A stretch of 32,000 nt of DNA from Desulfotalea psychrophila LSv54. Lineage in GTDB: Bacteria > Desulfobacterota > Desulfobulbia > Desulfobulbales > Desulfocapsaceae. The position numbers and the translations under genes were made by a program. This document shows positions 28,091-32,000 of this stretch, piece after piece (positions within the stretch are counted from its first letter, which is position 1; the number at the start of each line of letters is the position of its first letter). Where the stretch lies: positions 480,001-512,000 of the forward strand of contig NC_006138.1 in NCBI RefSeq assembly GCF_000025945.1. Direction: 5' to 3'. The notes under the pieces are model-generated. The model had not been told where the DNA came from, ran no database searches, and saw nothing but the letters and a program-made list of their open reading frames with translations.

Positions 28091-30171
28091 ACCATCTGCC
28101 TCTTTCTTCTATTATGGGGGGATACAGCCTTCCTCTCTACCTTTTGTACAGAGACAGCGCATATTTTCAGTTCCGGTGTCTGAGTTATAGGATCGGCGGC
28201 GCTATTGGTCAGCATATTTCCCGAACTTTCCGTATAGTGAAATGTCATAAAAACAAGACCCTGAATTACCCGAGTCGTTACCTGGGCCCTGGCCTCTACT
28301 GCTCCACGCCGCGAGGCCACCCGAACCAGATCACCATCAATAATGCCCAGACAGAGAGCATCATGGGGATGGATCTCAACCAACTCATGGGGTGCTACCC
28401 CATTCAGCCCCCAACAACGACGAGTCATGGTTCCGGTATGGTAATGAGCAACAACACGGCCGGTTGTCAGTTTCAGGGGATAATCTGTGTCTGGTACCTC
28501 GGCGGGTTGCCTATGTTGGGCAGGCTCAAAACGGGCCAGGCCACGAATAGCCCCACCCACATGTAAGACCGGTGTACCGGGATGATTTTCATGGGGACAG
28601 GGCCACTGCAGAGATTCATTCTCCAACCGTTCATAGGTAATACCGGCATAGGTAGGGGTAAGAGATCGCATCTCGGCAAAGATCTCCCGAGGATGGGTAT
28701 AGGACGAGGGATACCCCAGAGCCACCATCAACTCGCTGATGATTTGCCAATCTGGCCTGCTCTCACCAATGGGATCAACCGCCCGACGAACGCGCTGTAC
28801 CCTACGCTCTGTACTGCTGAAGGTGCCATCTTTTTCAGCAAATGTGGTTCCGGGAAAGACCACATCGGCAAGCGCTGCTGTTTCCGTGAGAAAAATATCC
28901 TGCACCACGAGAAACTCCACCTGTTCCAGACAGTGCTTAACGTGGTTAATATCAGGGTCACTGCGCAGAGGGTTTTCGCCAAAGACATAGAGAGCCTTCA
29001 CCTCATCTCGTTCTATCCCGCTTAGAACAGAGGGAATAGTAATCCCTGGACGCGCCGAGAGCTCGACCCCCCAGGCCCTAGAAAATTTCTCCACAATCTC
29101 TGGTCGGCTCACCTTCTGATAGCCAGGAAATACATCGGGTAGGGCCCCCATATCGCAAGCCCCCTGGACATTATTTTGTCCACGCAGGGGGTTTACCCCT
29201 GTTTTAGCACGACCAATATTACCAGTAAGAATGGCAACATTAGAGACAGCCATCACGTTATCCACTCCGGAGGTGTGCTGGGTTATCCCCATGGTATAAT
29301 AGGTAGCCACATTGGCGGATTCGCCAAGAATACGAGCCGCCTTCTCCATATCAGCCAATGCCACAGCTGTTATGCTCTCAGCCTCGGCAAGGGATATTTT
29401 TTCCACAAATGACCTATAGGCAGAAAAATTTTCCGTGTGAGCATCAATATAGACCCTGTCTTCCAAGCCATCACGCAGAATAAGATGGCCCAGAGCATTG
29501 AGAAGGGCAACATCACTGCCGGGCTGAAGACGAAGCCATACCTCTGCGTGTTGGGTAAGGGTGGTCGCCCGAGGGTCAGCCACAATAAGCCGGGCACCAC
29601 GTTTGACGGCCCGAAGCATACCAAGACCAATAATAGGATGACACTCCGTCGTGTTGGTGCCGATGGCAAAAATCGTATCACCTGCCCCCATGGTATCAAG
29701 CTCTGCAATGGAGTTGGTCATCGCCCCGCTTCCAAGTGTTGTGGTCAGACCGGCCACGGTGGGAGCATGTCAGAGACGGGCGCAATGATCAACGGAGTTG
29801 GTGCCAAGTGCTGCCCGCATCATCTTTTGAAAGAGGTAATTTTCTTCGTTGGTACAGCGGGCAGAACTAAATCCAGCAATGGCCTGAGCCCCATGCTCTT
29901 CTGAAATTTGGAGAAGACGTTGAGCCGTATAGCTATATGCCTCCTGCCAACTGACGGGGGTGAGAACACCTTTTTTTCTGATCAGTGGTTTGGTTAGGCG
30001 ATCTTTGCTGTGCACAAAATCCGTACCAAAATGTCCTTTGGAACAGAGAGAGCCATTATTTACCGCCCTCACTCTGTTTGGGCTAACCCCGGTAATAGTA
30101 TTATTCTCTACTTCTAAAAAAAATGTGCACCCTGAGCCACAGTAAGGACAGGTTGTCAGTGTTTTTTGCAT
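28087..30171 (-). CDS. fdhF: Selenocysteine-containing molybdopterin formate dehydrogenase, read through an in-frame TGA
   Basis: Two ORFs in one frame (29770-30216 and 28087-29757 in the track) separated by TGA. Joined they read [29 protein letters not shown], as in Sec-FdhF. N-terminal CPYCGSGC...LCSKG. Start MQKTL at 30171 preferred; 30216 possible. Confidence 0.95.
29728..29772 (-). promoter_or_regulatory. Sec codon (29770-29772) and bacterial SECIS-like hairpin
   Basis: TGA then CATGCTCCCACCGTGGCCGGTCTGACCACAACACTTGGAAGC. GTGGcC-GGTCT-GaCCAC hairpin (29741-29757) with apical GGTCT, the same loop I recall in E. coli fdhF. Lower stem GCTCC/GGAAGC possible. Confidence 0.85.
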
Positions 30172-30242
30172 CTCGATTGGCCAGTGGTATATATGAGTAT
30201 ATCTAAAACTGTGCACAAAACATGCACAGACACATAAAAGTT

Positions 30243-30258
30243 AGCATATTGCGTGCCA
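30243..30258 (-). promoter_or_regulatory. Sigma-54 (-24/-12) promoter of the fdhF operon
   Basis: Minus strand TGGCACGCAATATGCT: GG and GC elements separated by exactly 10 nt, close to the TGGCACG-N4-TTGCW consensus, about 72 nt upstream of the 30171 start. Confidence 0.8.
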
Positions 30259-30498
30259 CAACGAAAAACAAAATAAATGATTGTTTTTACGAATATTTAC
30301 AACCAAGACAAACCTTAGCCCGGCGACGACTGCAGACTTACCTGCATCGCCACTTGCCAATTGCAGGCAATAAATCAGATGAAGCAGAAAAGGAATTGAA
30401 GGCAAAGAATGCATCGCCACTCTTTAAATCAAACTTGCTTAATAGGTGTATCAAAGTTATACATGAAGCAACTATTCACACTATTCCCTAAATGAGCT

Positions 30499-32000
30499 AT
30501 GGCAAATATAATACCCATTGGTAGCATCCCGACAAAAGAGCAGATGCAAAGAGTTATCAGAGCATCGCATAAACGCTCAAGACAATATGGTGTTAATCAA
30601 GAAACCCGTAATCTTGAGCAAAAAAGACTCTCTCCGGCAGAACTTGAAAAGAAGCAGGATGAAAACAAGGAACTGTTAGGTGCTATTGCCGCTACCATTA
30701 ATGAATTTTATGACCTGATGTCTCCCGAGGAATTTCTGGTGGGTTTTGCCGATAGTGAGGGCTATATCCTCCATCTAGCTGGAGGAGACAGGGCAAGAGA
30801 AACGTCAGCTGACCGTCAATTCTCCCTGGGCTACCGTTGGACGGAAAAAGATGTAGGCACCACGGCAACCAGCCTCTGCCTTCGGCTTAAAGTCTCTATT
30901 CAGCTCAAGGGCAGGGATCATTACTGTAAACAGGCTCAGGGCCTCCTCAGCTCCGCAGCACCAATTTTCGGCCACCAGGGCGTTCTTCTGGGATCACTCT
31001 GCATTTTTGGCGACAAGAGCCTTATTCATCCCCACACGCTTATTATGATAACCTCGTCAGCACGCTCTATTGAGCGGCATATGAGGTTAATGCGCTGGAA
31101 TACAGAGCTGATAAGCAATGCGGGTTTTCTCGATAATGTCATAGAAGCTGCCGGAACGGGCCTACTGATAATTGACACAGACTTAATCGTTCAGAAGATC
31201 AACTATCAGGCTAAGAAAATCCTTAATGTCGATGATCTTAAGGGAAAGTCAATTTCATCCCTAAGTGGCCTCCAGCTCGATCTGGACAGCATCTTTGAAA
31301 ACCCCAGTGTATGGAAAAACAGAGAGTGCCACATCCAACATAATAAAAAAGATATTCACCTTGTCTACTCTGCCCAACCAGTACTGTCAAAGAACGACAA
31401 ACCCCTCGGGGCAGTCCTTAACATCACTAAATTTAGTAATATCAGAAAATTAATTGATAAGATCTCCGGCATTAAACCCTATTTTACCTTTGATTCCCTA
31501 ATAGGATCATCACCGGCCTTTACCAAGGCTGTTGATTTGGCAAAGCGTGCCTCTCACTCAGAGGCTACTGTACTTCTTCTGGGAGAGACAGGCACAGGCA
31601 AGGAACTATTTGCTCAGGCGATCCATAACGGCGCCAAGGGAGCGGACAAACCATTTGTGCCAATTAACTGCGGGGCTATACCCGGAGAGCTGCTTGAGAG
31701 CGAACTCTTTGGCTATGCCGAGGGTGCTTTTACCGGGGCTAAAAGAGGGGGGCGATCTGGAAAATTTATTTTGGCAAACGACGGAACCATGCTCCTCGAT
31801 GAGATTGGAGACATGCCACATGATATGCAGGTCAAGCTATTGCGCGTCCTGCAATCAAAGGTAGTCCAGCCAGTGGGGGCACGCAAGCCACTGCAAACCA
31901 ATGCAAGAATAATCGCCTCAACCCATGTTGACCTGGCAGAGGCTATGCTCCACAACCGATTCAGACGGGATCTCTACTATCGTTTGAATATACTGCAGAT
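30499..32000 (+). CDS. Sigma-54-dependent activator of AcoR/DhaR type (GAF-PAS-AAA+), runs off the window
   Basis: Continuous frame from ATG 30499 (MANIIPIGSIPTKEQMQRVIRASHKRSRQYGV...) with FSLGYRWTEKDVGTTATSLCL, LLLGETGTGKELFAQAIH, GYAEGAFTGAKRGG and LLDEIGDMP. Not in the ORF track because it has no stop before the window end. Confidence 0.92.
   Translation, partial: MANIIPIGSIPTKEQMQRVIRASHKRSRQYGVNQETRNLEQKRLSPAELEKKQDENKELLGAIAATINEFYDLMSPEEFLVGFADSEGYILHLAGGDRARETSADRQFSLGYRWTEKDVGTTATSLCLRLKVSIQLKGRDHYCKQAQGLLSSAAPIFGHQGVLLGSLCIFGDKSLIHPHTLIMITSSARSIERHMRLMRWNTELISNAGFLDNVIEAAGTGLLIIDTDLIVQKINYQAKKILNVDDLKGKSISSLSGLQLDLDSIFENPSVWKNRECHIQHNKKDIHLVYSAQPVLSKNDKPLGAVLNITKFSNIRKLIDKISGIKPYFTFDSLIGSSPAFTKAVDLAKRASHSEATVLLLGETGTGKELFAQAIHNGAKGADKPFVPINCGAIPGELLESELFGYAEGAFTGAKRGGRSGKFILANDGTMLLDEIGDMPHDMQVKLLRVLQSKVVQPVGARKPLQTNARIIASTHVDLAEAMLHNRFRRDLYYRLNILQ

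Noticed and set aside
28087-30216. fdhF as a pseudogene with a nonsense mutation
   Set aside because: The TGA is exactly at the catalytic Sec position and is followed by a SECIS-like hairpin; the frame is otherwise intact on both sides.

Overview
Bacterial chromosomal window. The selenocysteine formate dehydrogenase, sigma-54 regulation and methyl-accepting chemotaxis content suggest a sulfate-reducer-like deltaproteobacterium; that is inference only. In order it contains: end of an alpha/beta hydrolase gene; M20 amidohydrolase; modABC molybdate transporter; FAD-dependent oxidoreductase; RsuA/RluB-type pseudouridine synthase; panF plus a YhdT-like partner; sensor diguanylate cyclase; a second Mo/W-type ABC transporter operon with a DUF364-like gene; a chemoreceptor; a soluble histidine kinase-receiver/NtrC-type pair; a DUF4126 membrane protein; and, from 20.6 to 32 kb, a minus-strand operon fdhF(Sec) - 4Fe4S protein - [FeFe] hydrogenase - 4Fe4S protein - PAS/sigma54 regulator - hydG - hydE - hydF, with a divergent AcoR/DhaR-like sigma54 activator. 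The gene content resembles hydrogen-dependent CO2 reductase / formate-hydrogen lyase clusters. The most notable observation is that hydF is broken. Only the GTPase domain is an intact ORF. C-terminal HydF-like sequence is readable downstream in another frame, contains stop codons, and is split by an array of 42-bp hairpin-forming repeats located where the HCxxC Fe-S ligand motif should be. All homology statements come from motif recognition by eye, not database searches.
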